In this document: positions 38,511 through 52,087 of the stretch, one piece after another
How positions within the stretch are numbered: position 1 is the first letter of the stretch
How the letters are laid out: each line of letters begins with the position of its first letter
NCBI GenBank assembly: GCA_965235115.1
Contig: OZ249438.1
Location: forward strand, 22,382,001 to 22,446,000
DNA from: Laetmonice hystrix
Lineage: Eukaryota
Length of the DNA stretch: 64,000 nt
Direction: 5' to 3'
The notes under the pieces: generated by a model
What the model was told of the DNA's origin: nothing
The model's input: the letters and a program-made list of their open reading frames with translations, nothing else
Databases searched by the model: none
Made by a program: the position numbers and the translations under genes

Positions 38511-41500
38511 TACCCCCTGGCAAGCTTCCATCTCTCAACCCACTCTCCCATCCCCTCAGCCCTGCCTACTCCAGCGATCTAGTTGGCCTAACCCAGGACA
38601 TGATATGATAGATGATTTTTTAAATCTCCCTCCATGGCAAGATGGGCCAGGCCAGTCCCTGGGCTGAGGTGGGGTCTGAGACCCCGTCTTCTCCCTGGGG
38701 GCAATGGAGGTGGTGCAGGCGCCGGTGGTGCGGGGTGGTGGCGGCGGTGGTGGATGGGGAGGGAAGGGAGGGCAAAGGAGATGGGGAATATGTGTACCAG
38801 TCCAGTGGAACCGAACAACGCATTCACACCGCGCCTAGAACTAAAAAAATAATTATGGTGAAATATTGTGATAAATCTCTGACCGGGACAGGTGAAACAG
38901 CAGCTGCCACAGTGGCACTGGCCTTGTCAACCTCGTCACATCGCCACGTCTGTACCCAAACAGATTACATTTCGCAATCTGAAGGCCTTCTAACATAGCC
39001 TCCCCTACCCTATCTCTCCTAGAGAGGCTGTCATCTTGAGAATAAAGGGCGGTCAGTTTTATACTTTTATACGTGTAATTGTATGAGTCATTGGAAATTC
39101 TAAACATCATCGCCTTGGCAACGCTAGCAATTGCTATCTCTCTGAAATTCATGATCAAAGGCAAGTGGCAGAGTGGGACAATTTTCTGATCAAAAGGTGA
39201 AGATGCTAGATTAGGATCATCTATAAATACCACAACGCCCTTACAGTTAACAGTCATAATACCTCTCTGTCAAGAAGTTTCCAATTTCTCTCGTTTTATT
39301 TTTTTTAAAGAATCTGGTCAAGTAAAACCTGGCGTTTTAATCAGGAACTAACACTTTTAATACATTCCACTGCAAAAGTGTCAAACACAGCGTGCATAAA
39401 AAAAGAAAAAAGTAAGAACAGACTGTTTTTTGTTGTTGTCTCGCTACTTCAGTACCTGTCTGCGTCTAAATATGCCTTGTTTTCCAGACGCCATTATTCG
39501 TGATTTACTGAAGAAAGCTGTGAATATTACTGCCTTGCTAAAAGACTTGGATTTAACAATGTACACGGGAAAGTCTATTCCTACACTGTCAAATACAGGA
39601 CTTACACTGTTGCATTAACTGCACAAACCATCAGGTTCAACGACAAGAATGTGGTAGCAGTCAACTTGATCCTAAATCGTTGGGTTAATGAACTATTTTC
39701 TTGCTGCAAAAGTCGCTTCTATCGTATCAATCACCTATGGCAACCACACCACTGGCTGCAATACAATATCTGCTCCGCACTAAATCAAATTTACTGCTTG
39801 AAATACACCATTGAAAGTTGGCTAACCATTTTACTTTATGAACCAATAGTGTGTGATGTGTATTCAATGGTGAGACAAAACAAATGGTATTTTTAACCTG
39901 TAACGGTGATTTCATGTTAGACTAGGCTGGAAGGATGTGAATGGGCGGAAGACAAAGCTGAATGATTAAGGGGATTATATTTCAAAAGTTATGACGACAT
40001 GGTACATCAGATTCAAACCCGTTTATCATTCGGCGGTTTTATTCCCTTACAAATTATGCAAAGACAATACACAATAAATGACATACATTAATTTCATACG
40101 TATAACGCCTAGCACAAGGGAAGATTTTGAGCGGTGCTTATTTCCATATTACACTGCCATCAGCTAATCATTTAAAACAAAGATGTTTTGTCAGACATCT
40201 GAGTGTCAAGTTCAACTGAAACGGAATCGTCTGATCTTTGGTGAATCACAGAGAGATTTTCTGGTTTGATGCCAGAACCGCGAAAAAAACCCAAGCCTGC
40301 ACTCCTATAGCCAGAACACTTGGTACATGATAAATATTGGATGTAAAACATGGCCCGTAACCCCCAGGTACTATTCGTCTTTTGGATGTTGCGCTTGGTT
40401 TACTTGATTTGCCGTATGTCTCCCTGCTGAGCAATGTGGGTGTGTGATGGGAGCAGAGTGTCCACTCTACGCCCTCCCCCCGGCCGGCCTCACGCCCGCC
40501 CGCCCGGCCCACCAGGGGCCACTGATGATGATCTAACACTGTCCAACTAGTGATGTCATCAATTATTCACGGCCGGCCGGTGTGGTAACAATGCGATGAG
40601 CAAACAGACTTCCACGGCTGCCCACCTGGCGTGTGCCGAGCGGCCATGATTTATCAACACACCCGACACATAAATCTCGATAGTTAACCAACTAAATCTT
40701 GGCCCGTCCTCACCACCTCCCTGACGCCCTCAACACGCACACACCCACACACACACAAGGCGACGTGCAGACACTGACAGTGAAATATTTCTTGTCCACT
40801 GTCAGATAGACCGTATGAAACCTAGGAAGCTGTCATAAAATCATCAACTACGACCTATGGTATGACGTCATCGGGACGAGACGGGATCGAGGCCAGGTCC
40901 TAGGTAAGGGACAGCAAAGGCATTTCTAAGCACACCTTCCCATAGCAGAAACTAGGGGGGAGACATAGAAAACTTGTATTCTGACATCAACATGACCAAA
41001 GGTTCCACAACAGGGTGATAGGGACGTAAGGTACTTGAGAGTGGGCCCTGACGACCTCATGGATAACGTATACCTCCTACACTACATGCTTTCATCATAC
41101 CATCCTATAGACAACACGTGACCACCGCAAGCCTTGCTCCTCCAGACAACCGTCCTGTATGAATCCATATAAAGACGACCATGTTGACAGTAACAAACTG
41201 CTAGTTGTACACAGCTTTGTTTCCCACACAAACCATTCCCAGCAGAGGTATTGGCTTTATTCACGGATAACCATCCAGGTTATGTACTTTAAGAAAGCAC
41301 AATCCCTATGGAACCACGACCGGGATAAGTTAAACAAATGCAAACAATTCAGAAGCAGTAATGTTCGTTGATTAATTGGTCTACGTTATAGCTTAATCTT
41401 TTCAGGTTCTCCTGTTCAATGTTCCTCAAACAGTTAAACAATAGAACATCGCTCCAAGAGTTCTCTGACGACCGAGTTCATACCCGATTAAGTCATTAGG

Positions 41501-44500
41501 ATTCCCTGACACATTTGGTGACAAAGTAAATGTGGCTTAGCACTCATGTGGTAATTTTCTTCAATTCCTCAATGGATAAACTGCATGCATGCAGACTTGT
41601 GATCATGGATGAAGACATGAAGGATTTTAAACGCCAATAGCTTACTATCTCCGCAGCCCAAGCAGCTGCACAGCATAGCACTTTTTTTTATAACTTTTCC
41701 GCTATTTCAGATGCAAGCCCTTAAATTAAATTTTAATATCTTTTAATCAAATTTGATCAAATTAAAATTTAAGAGCATTTAAATTGATGGCTCAAGTTTG
41801 TTTGCTTACCAACCATCAAATGCAGCTTAAGCAGGCTTTTCTTATTTCTACACGGTGGATAGTAGTTATTGATTCTAACTATCAAGGCTCCCATCAAAGT
41901 CTGTGTGTTTAGGACGTGGCACCGAAAGGGTTTTTTGCCCCTACCATAGTTGAGATGTAATGCAGTACACAGGGCCAAGCACGTAACATTTTGTATTTGA
42001 TGTTTGGCTGGACAAAGCTCTATGTCATCAGTTAATTATGCCATACATGTGGAGCCAATACTTTCACCGCGTACTGCGCTGCCCCATACCAGGCCATATT
42101 TCACTTCCCGCTGATAGTGCACTGCCAATCCCCCCTCCCCCAGCCAGATTCCGACCCCCGGTCATCAGATGCACTGAGCACGGGCCATAATTAATGCACA
42201 TGGGCAACAGATAGTTCACACAATTTATTGCTGTTTCAGCCTGGGCATAACCTGAGCCAACTCTGGCAGATGACAGGGGTCTGCGTCAGAACTCCACTTT
42301 GTGAGTGCTACTTATTGCTTGTGGTGTGGTGGTACCCTATTCCCGCACCTGTATACGCGGCCCTGTACGCTTTTGAGTAATTACAAAAAGACCGACGCCA
42401 CTGGGCCATCCTTTACCTTGACACGTGGGAAACATGACTTTCCTAAATGGTACGTTTGATACCACATAACGGCCAGCTTTTGATATGAAAGTCTCCAGGA
42501 GTACTTCATTTAGACCTCGTCAAATATTGAAAGCAAGTCCATTTCTGATACCCGCCCATGCCACACCTGGAAAGTACCCCGTTCTTTGATCTTGCATCAT
42601 AAGGTGTGTCTACCGCTAAAGTGTGTGTGCAAGGGACAGCAAAATCAAAGCAGCACAACCAAAAGTTTTCAGGCTAAGAGATTCTATTTTTTTGTGTACA
42701 GAAGGAAAATGCTATTTGAATTTGATGACTGTGAACGCAATGGCCTGTGTACACCAGTCATTACCTGTGGGTCGTTAGTGGTTGTCACGTGGCCATACTT
42801 GAGAATCCATCTTTAGAGGCGGACTTGCCACTCCAACCCTCACAGCGCCAACCATTAAATAGGAATCTTTTTTGGGTCGTGAATGGGTTCCTTGACGATG
42901 AGCATGGCTTTAATGGACACTGCGACCAGAGAGTGGAGAGACAGCGTCACTGTGCCAACGAGTGGCACCTTCATTAGATCAAAGTGCAACAACTTGCTGA
43001 TGATTCGTATAAAATTATGGATCAAAAGTCCAGGGTTGTATGGCAATCGAGGGGCGTCCATTTTGGTGGAGTCCATGCATGTGTTTGTTAGTAAGTGGGT
43101 GGAGTAGCTGGTATCATGGCGCTGTGTCTGTGTGTGAGGAGGCCGGTGGTGGGGGGGGGGGGCGAGGCCAATAGAGCCATTGGTATGGTTACATGCTTCA
43201 TCTGATGTCTGACAGGATGACGCGACGAGCATGGAACACAAACAACGGTGAAGAAACAACGCAAGCTTCATTAAAGGAAGCAGGCTCCATCATACATCCC
43301 TCCCACCCTCTCTCTACCCCCACTACCGACCCGCAGCCACCCCCACCCCTTGCCTCCATTCACCCTTTTCATGCAGTGTCAGTCGTAAACATAAAACAAA
43401 AGTTGGGGTGGAGGAGGAGGGATGCAGAGAGCAGCAAGTCCCAACATCCCTCAACTTCATCACTTGGCCACCACCTGCGCACAGTGGCCCCCTCCACACT
43501 CGACCGGTCACACTGTCCAGACAGGGTTTTAATTGCCCACCGCACAAAGTGAGCGAGGTGTCAGGTGGCTGCTTGCAGAACACTAGTCCACCACTGGAGT
43601 CGGGTTACAAATCAGGTCTATGGTTTCATTCAGTGGAAGCGACAAATCTACCTTGACTGGTGGCCACACGGCCGTCCGGCCTGCTGGACGGAGGGGCGCC
43701 CGCTTATACTACCTGCAGTCCACTTCACAAGGCGCGGCTTACAGCCGTGCTGCTTTTACTGACGGCGACGGACAACCCTAATCACGTCAAAGGAAAAGAT
43801 GCATGAAAAGTGGTCTTAATAGAAAATAACCTCACCATACATCCTCATCATTGACTGAAAGTAACCCGATATGCTATCAGTCATAATCTAATTAATTTAA
43901 CCCACGTTCTCCACACAAAAATGTTCAGTGCACAATCCAAGGTCGCAAGTGCATCAGCATTTGCTCAGATGTGGGCCATTCCAGTGTAAAAAAAGGAAAG
44001 ACCGGGCCCGCTTCAAGGTCAGCCTGTTTGTCATGTCGGCAGTGGTGGTTATGAATCTCTACCTTGGAACTCGGCCCTCTTTGACTTTTTGTGGTTAGGT
44101 GATGACAACCAGTTACAACTCATCAGCTTACCTTCATCCATCACTAGGCAACCACCTTCTCGTGCAGGCTCTTTACCTCTCCTACCGTGTATATCGGCAC
44201 TCTTAAAGCGCTGTGCGCTGAATTGCCAGTCAATGCTAGTACCGCCGCAACACCAGTGCAAGCACACGACTTGTGAACAAGTTGTTGAGAATCTCTCCTC
44301 GTACAATAACAACCCGTCAGATCGTTATATTTGTACGGTGTTGTTTCCGTATCAGTTTCTGTCATTAACAAGGTCATTGACAACAATTTATGAGCCCCTT
44401 TAACGTTCATTCATGCACGGGATGTTGTTCACGTCGTAGTGGAGGGAGTGGGTGGGGTATGGATTCAGCACCTTACCTCTGGCTGACCAGGCCGTCGTGA

Positions 44501-47500
44501 CGTGGCGGGTTCAGGCCAAGGTCTGTGTTCACGAATTCAGTGTCATGTGGCACTATCTGGCCGTATTCTCGTCCATGTTGGCCTCGTGTCATGAACCCGC
44601 CACCCGGCCGGCCGGCCACTCCCATGTCCCATTGCTCCGGGCCCGGCCAGATCCCATTTTTTATGCTCCGGCCGAGTGGGCAGCTGATTTGTAGGCCGGC
44701 CATTTTTGCATGGTTGATGAGGCAAGCAATTTGTTTGTGGCCGTTTTCATGTCAGCGCCGCTGGCCGTGGCATGATCTTGGTCACCCTGGCCATGTAAAC
44801 ACTACACTGGCCGGCCATCAGTATTTCAACCGAGAGAATTGGTCCGCATAGAGATTCCACTTGCCCAGTTAGCAGTGGACAGGACACTTGTCACTGGTGT
44901 GATTTTTCATAAATAGCACGACAGCATTTGTCTTATACGTGCTCTCTGGACTGTGCACTGTGGCATGAGGGGGTCAGGGCACCAACCCCCTGCTACCCCC
45001 TCCCCTTCCTCTCCCCGGCAATGCATCCACAATACCTATTGACCACGCAAAGTCTAAGGTATCACCTCTACCGCCCCCACCCCCCACACGTACACCCCCA
45101 CAGCAACAGTAGCTTAATTTGTCCACTGCAAGCTAATGCTTTGCTTGGAATGACAACTCACGATTGGCAGCCAGTGACCGGCCATTCGTCATGCGGGAGC
45201 ACCACTGACCATTGTGCATTCAGTGTCCCTTTCATGCAACCGACGTTAGCCGCTGCCCTTGATGCTCCCGAAGACGGCCAAAAAATCAACTTGTGCAGCC
45301 TGATATGACACCTACACTGGGCAAGCCGGCTATTTTTCATCAGCTATCTGACATCTCATCTGATCTTGCCCAGCCAGGTTGGCCTGCTCTAAGGGGTCCG
45401 TTCTGGCAGCTTTTTTGTTGGGATTTACATAAACAAACACCCCACTTTTCCTCCGCTCAGGAAGGCCACTGTCACCCTCTTGTCTGCACTGCAATATTTC
45501 ATGACTTATTCTGACAGCTCGTTTGATCTTTCACACCTCGTGTGGGCAACGTCTAAGCAGCTGATGACCGCTTCTGATGGCAAGGCTTTTTTTCTTTCAT
45601 GGATTCTGCGTAGTGGCGATTGCGGGAGATGACATAACACCTCTTTTGTCTGTGGCCTATATTCGCTGTCCTCCTGAGACAGAGGGTTGCTACGCGAACC
45701 CTGGTTGTGCGCGTCGGCTGCAGCCCCCAGCTTGACCAGGGTCCCTTTTTCCGGGGGTCCAATATTGGACTTGCTCAGATCCTGGATGCTGGGTTTGGTT
45801 GGGGCGGGCGGGAGGCGGCGGCGACCAGGCTGCCCTCTTCCCGGCAGCCTCTGGCGGCGCCATTCAAGACGACAGCGTCCTCGCAGCGCCCATTATGGCC
45901 ACGGGCGGGCATGGCGCCGCGCCGTCATAGATGGTGGCCGCTGAAGGTGAGGGGAGCTGGCCACTCTATGGGACATGTGCGGCCATTGTTGCTGCAGCCA
46001 CTCTGTCCAATGGCCGTCTCGGCGCTGACATTGTGTTATGCCATTGTGCGCAATGCACACAATGGGGGGTGCCGCTACAATGGCTGCACTAGCATTACCT
46101 GAGCGTAGCATGCACGCGTGCGTGGGCCGCGGGATGCATGCCTCGGCTCTATGCACAGCCAAGGTCAGAGCGGGGCAACATGCAGACTGTCAAAACGACC
46201 CACATCAAAAAGCAAGCTGGCACTGTTCCTGGCCGCTCAGCGTCCAGACAGACACGGGGCTAAATGGCAGTTGCCCGGCACCCCCAGTCCCCCCCCCCCT
46301 AACAAAAAAGGCAACACAGGTAAGAAGTATTAATGCCCTCCAATAATCCAATCAAGAACAGGTGACCTGTCATAACTTAATGTCATGACTTCACCCAACC
46401 CCGGCTCTGTTTGTGTTTTAGTTGAAAAAAGTTGTTTGGGTCAATCTTGGTCAGGGTTTACGTTCACCCCTCCCGTTCTGAACCCCTTCCGTTCCTGGTG
46501 GTGAGGAGCGTTCGGCAAGTCGACCTCTACTCCCTCTTGTATATATACAGCCCAGGTACCACCATATACACCCCCACACGTCAAATACTAATAACAATAG
46601 CCGAACGCCACTCTCTCTACTTTTGTCCAAGTAGAATTGCTTATCCATGTCAGGCCAAACAGTGAATATAAAATTATCATCCAACTAAACAGAAATCAAT
46701 GCGGTGTGCCTGGCTGTGCAGTATACAGCTGGGACAAGGGGGGTTCGGGTCCATGGACAACCTGGCTATGCTCTGATGGCCACGGGCCTTTTTTCCCTCC
46801 GGTGGCTGGAGATAAAAAGTGCAATGATACAGTTAGACGCACCTGTACATGGGTAATAATGACGTAATCTTGCACTGGAAAGAAATGCTGTCCCTACTGC
46901 AAATAAATGGGTAAGTTGGAATTAATGGCAATTTGCCGGCAGTTTATGTGCAGGGATTTGGCACAGGAGACTGAGCATTGGTAACGGACGGGGCACTCCG
47001 ATCAATGTACTGGGCAGTTTTGGCCCCTACCAGGGGTGCCGATTGGCGTGCCTCATCGATCTTGATCGATCCTATTCACTACAAAACAATGCCCATAAAA
47101 GGATATGCACTTAGGGACTCATCACTGAATTTTGCTCCAAGTTCCTACTGGACCGCACACCAAATGTTCTGCAAGGGAATCCATGGCCGGGAGCTCTAAA
47201 AGGCAAGGGTAATTTTCTAGAAACATATCAATTAAACAGCGAGATTTTCTCATTGATTTCTCTCCGCATTGCTCCAGTTATCTACACCCCAGCCTGACGG
47301 GCTTGCAGCAGATCCTACAGACGAGCTGGACATTTCAATCGGTCCAATTACCTTTCTGCCAATGATTCTCGAAAATGTGGTTGAAATCCCACCCTGCAGC
47401 TAATTGAGCTCGGTGCCCGGCAGACCCAATCTTGTCTTGGGCAATGCCAGCGTTCATATGGCCTCCAATGGAGGCCAAGCGCTAACAGACTGTGAGGCAT

Positions 47501-49169
47501 CTTAACTTCATCTTAACTCCAGCTCCTTACAAGGTTCAGCGTCTTGCCTACATGGAGAAAAGACTGTTCGGAACAGAACCCCTGACCTTACGTCAGGACA
47601 ACAACAAGGACAATTGCACACCCGTTCAGGGGAGGGTAGCTCTTCCAGTTAGGTCACCAAACTACCCAGCAGCCAGGCTACAGCACTGCCTATATATGAT
47701 GCTTACCCATTATACTGTATGGTGGTTGTAGAGTGAAGAAACGCCCACTGTGGTATATTATTTTACTGGGGTCAGCCGTCCATAGGCTGGCTCTCCCGAC
47801 CAGTGAACTCCAAAGGCGCCAAGAACTTTCAGGACTGGGAGAAGCTCAAGGAGAAATTCTCATGGTACTAACAGCTTCCCTACCGATGCATTTGCATAGA
47901 AAGTGGCCATTGTCCACCAGCAAGATGGATGGTTGCTGGCACATCATTGGTTTCCGCTACTGCCCCTGCTCACCAAAGTGTCAAGGACCCCCAAAGATTG
48001 ACAGGCAGGTGAAAAATACCACACCACTTGAATAAATGGATTTGCGGTGCTAGGTTGCGACCGGCAACCCTTCGCTCGGTAGCCGGTGCCATTTGTCGGC
48101 CCAAGTCCTGCTGGGCTGCGTAGCGTCAGTTTCCAGTGCATGCAAATTTTTCCTTTAAAAGTCCTGAACATTTGTTGAAATCGGCCCGTAATCAAGTCTC
48201 TGAGTTGTCTAATTGAGTAAATTTGATTTGCTGGCTTGCAAATCAGAATAGCGTAACGCAAAAAAGACGAATTGATTCTGGGATAATTCAGAAAAGCCCC
48301 TGCGTGGTTCTCTTCAGGCGTCCTGTCTCTTGACTCAGTGCATTACGGCATCATTAGAACATGCTTCTAAATTAATTGCACCATATTTTTTTCTGCAACG
48401 TTATGCCCGAAAAATGATTACGAAACTACTGGTACATGTGTTCTATTGAATTCATCACCCAAACTCATTGTGCCTTCCATTGTGAATGTCAGTTGTGCTC
48501 AGAGGAAAATTAACATAACAATATGATAAGATGTTCAGTAATCCACTAAGCGGTTTCCATGGAAACACTTCAACAAGTGTCAGTTGTAAATTAGGCTGGA
48601 GCTCAAACAATAGGTGTCATTTGTAAGGTCTTTTTTTTATTAATCACAATCCAGCAACCTGGGTACTTGAGGGAACCCAGTTTTATTCTCTGCTTCCCCA
48701 CACAGGGCAAACATGATAATGACATTGTTATCACTTAAACATAAGCAGAGTGTCTGATAGAATGTGTAAACCCCGTGTGTTGCTCCAGCACCGTGCATGG
48801 GGACTTGGTTTGTTGCTAAATAGAGCACACAGTACCAATAATTCTGCTAAACTAGGTCAGTGATCCACATCTGCGATGCATCTTTAATTGGCAGCATGCC
48901 ACAGCTGACTTATAATGCAACCCTTTTTCTTTCTTTCTTTTTATGGTTGTGTTATTTAGTTTTTTCTGGAGTCTAGCGATAATCCATCGAGGCGCATGGC
49001 ATACTCTGTGCATCTTGCCCAGCCTTGCTGAGTAAATGGGCCACTCACAACATTATGCCAGCTGTCAGGCAGGCACTGAAGGCAGCAGCGTACGGTGGCA
49101 GCAGCGGCAGAGATACCGTCAGCTAGCATGATCAGGGGATCATTTAGCAACGTGTAGCATAGCTCTCGC

Positions 49170-49560
49170 TCATTGTGTACTCCCAATTAGTCGGTTCCGC
49201 CCGGAGTGCGCCCAGTTTCTCCCGGCCGGCCCGTGTACACGGACGGAGGAAGGTGGTCTACCTGCCGCCAGTCTCCAGGAGCACGCCGACCTGTGTTACC
49301 CGATGTAACCATAGAGTGATAACGGGAGCGGGCGGGGGGCGGCAGTGTGCAGCCGGCCGCCCGGCCCGCCCTCCCGCCCGCTCGCTCGCTCGCTCACTCA
49401 CCGTGGTGTGTGACCAACTCGGAGGTGGAGACAACACTGAGTGTCGAACGGCTGGCTGACGGCAATACACTCCTCAGCTCCTCGTCTTCCAGTCTTCATT
49501 CTTCCCCCGTGCATCATCCACAGCCACCTATCCGACCAATCAGCAATCAGACTGAGGTGT
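49170..49560. promoter_or_regulatory. Internal CpG-rich promoter-like element in intron 1 with a sense-strand splice donor
   Basis: GC boxes near 49330-49342, GGCCGGCC at 49224, a (GCTC)n tract, NF-Y-type GACCAATCAG at 49534-49543, and minus-strand ACG|GTGAGT with the intron G at 49401. Confidence 0.35.
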
Positions 49561-52060
49561 GGAAAGGACGCTCAATAATTCAATACGGATCCCCCTGTCT
49601 GCTGCCTTTCAGCCGTCCGCTGACAACCATGGGAAATCATTTGACTCATCTTCGAGCCATCATTAAGTTGAAAAAACAACTCATGCCTCGGAACAAGAAT
49701 AGCAATAGGAATAGCGCCAGGCTCTATTGAGACAAGCAGGAACTTTAACTGAAACACAGCAAATATATTCCCCTTACGCCCCCCACCCTTCACCACTACT
49801 ACGTCTCTCAGTTTTCAGTTGTGCCTTTCATAACATTTCACACAATGTTCACAAGTTTTTAAACCTAACACCATTAGAGACAACATGGAGAAGCTCTTCA
49901 GGAAGCAATTTATGAGAATTGCTGGACGAAAAGAACAGACCCATTAAAATATTTAAACTAAATTGTTTCTTTCTGCCACAGCACAACCTCTCTTGTGATT
50001 TAAGTATAATTCATAGAGTATCTCTGTTAGGGCAACTGTATGCAGTTTTCAGATCCCCTCCCCGGAACTTTCCAAGCCACTCCTAGCCTCAAACAGGACC
50101 CTCAATTTAATACTAATGGAGTCGGTTTCCTAGATCCCATGTTATCCGTGATCTTTCAGAAAAACAAGCGATTATGACAAAGGGTGCTGTTACGTTTCCA
50201 AAACGTCACAGAATTTCTCTCCAGGCCTATAGCCATGAAACACACCCAGCAGCCATACCCAGGACTTCTAACCGCTCCTATATCCTCCATGCCCTTGAAA
50301 TCCTCTTACTATCGTCTACATACACCATACGGCTGGCAGGAAAATTATTTCATTAAGTTACTTCAAAGTGCCAGAAGTGCCATTTTTTATGAGACACCAT
50401 TTTCTGAAAATACTCTCCTAGAGGCCTTATTAATGTGACTTAATATAGCTAGCATTGAATTTCCATAATTTTACAAACGGTCTCACAAACATCTCCAGAG
50501 GCAAGAGATGACACTCTCTGGCTCAATGCCTTTGTTGTCCAAAAGCATCACAAAAAGTCTTTGTTAAGTGAGGGTGTGAGTATTTGTCTAGAAATTGCAT
50601 GTCAATTACCACTGGGGTTTCCTCCTATAGTTTTGCCATCGCCGTAACTCCCCCGCTTGGAACAAAGCCACACTTTTTAAAAACTCTGACGGCTATGACA
50701 TGAGTTTGGGTTTGCAGGCAAAGACACATAGTGTTCGACGGACGAACACAGGACAGGAGACAACTGCCTCAAGTGTCAGCAAAGTTTCATCTTGGGCATG
50801 AATTAGACACGGCATGCAAATCGATGTAACGTGGGGAGCTGCCACTTGATATTACCAACAGATTTTGACAGTTAACATTGAAAAAACGGCCACACATTAA
50901 GTGCAGTTTTTTTTTCATCCACTCGCCCGCCCGCACTCTGCCGGAGACGGCAGCAGTATTGAAGAGTTATGAACAAACCAAACCCCAGACGACAGCACTG
51001 AATATAGCAAACACACTTTACAACAAAATACATTATGGGGGCGTCATGAACTTACTTATATATCAAGGAATCGTTTAGTGCATTTAGAAGAAAGAAGAAA
51101 TTAACACAATGTATGCCACAGCTGACTGAAACGAGAACGGTTGGCTGAAACTCAAAGACACTTTCATTCGGCAATGGTCAGACATGCCCTTTGCATGATG
51201 ACATAAATGTATGCCATCTGACAACACACCCTTTCATTTATTTTGTTGACGCAGAAATCAATAGCCGTAATGGGTGCTGTCCATTAGGCATAATACCGTC
51301 TGAGGCTGCTGCGTTAGGTCTCTCAGTCGTTGTCCTCTACAACAGTAGCTGTTTGGCGAACAGGTGGACACTGGGCTATATTCATGTATATGTTATACAT
51401 TGGTTTACCTGTCATTATCCCCATGTGTTAGGATCAAGCACTCAGTCAGTGTCCTTAGAGGTCTCTCAAGATATCAGCCCACAGGTCGTCATCTATACAC
51501 CTAGAAGAAATCGGCGCGATGGCCACAAATCAAACTCCCCCCTTTCTGAGGGTACTGGGTTACACAGAGCAATACTGGTTTTCCTGCTTGACTGCACAGT
51601 GAAACGCCATCCCTGCCAGGTCACCTGGGGCCCAACAACAAGAGCTTGATGGACTTCCTTAGATTCTGTGTAACACAAGAATCTGAGGAGGCTATCTTGA
51701 CCAGCAGCGGCCAGAAATGGGCACATAATCTTTGCTCGCCCACTCCTCCCCCCTCGTGTAAGTAGGGTGTGGTCATGCTTAAGGCCGGTTTCATGTTACG
51801 TTCTGGCTGCAGCCGGTACTGCTGACAGGCTGATGGGCAGCTTGGCTGGAGCTATGTTACATAGTGGGCAATAATGGTACTGCTTTAGACCTGACGTCTA
51901 CTGGTGTGACTGGACTCGCTCTTACAGGCAATGTCCGTATAACTACTTGGATTCATGTTCTGTACGTCACGTTTGGCACTATATGGGTGTGGACTATCTA
52001 TCTGCGACACCTCGTATATAGGCGGCAGTGAGTTACCTCGGATAGGCACCTTAAGTAGGG

Positions 52061-52087
52061 TGTGTGTGTGTGTGGGGGGGGGGGGGG
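52061..52087. repeat. (TG)7 microsatellite running into a G14 homopolymer
   Basis: tgtgtgtgtgtgtg followed by a G run ending at 52087. Confidence 0.85.

Noticed and set aside
38853-39257. 134-aa minus-strand ORF with VVVFIDD, reminiscent of an RT YxDD or Walker B motif
   Set aside because: The flanking residues fit neither Ty3/Gypsy or LINE RT nor an AAA ATPase, and no other motifs or LTRs are visible. A profile HMM search would settle it.
3105-43694. Identical 17-mer GGCCTGCTGGACGGAGG at 3105 and 43678
   Set aside because: One 17-bp match in 64 kb of GC-patchy sequence is within chance expectation, and the flanks do not align.
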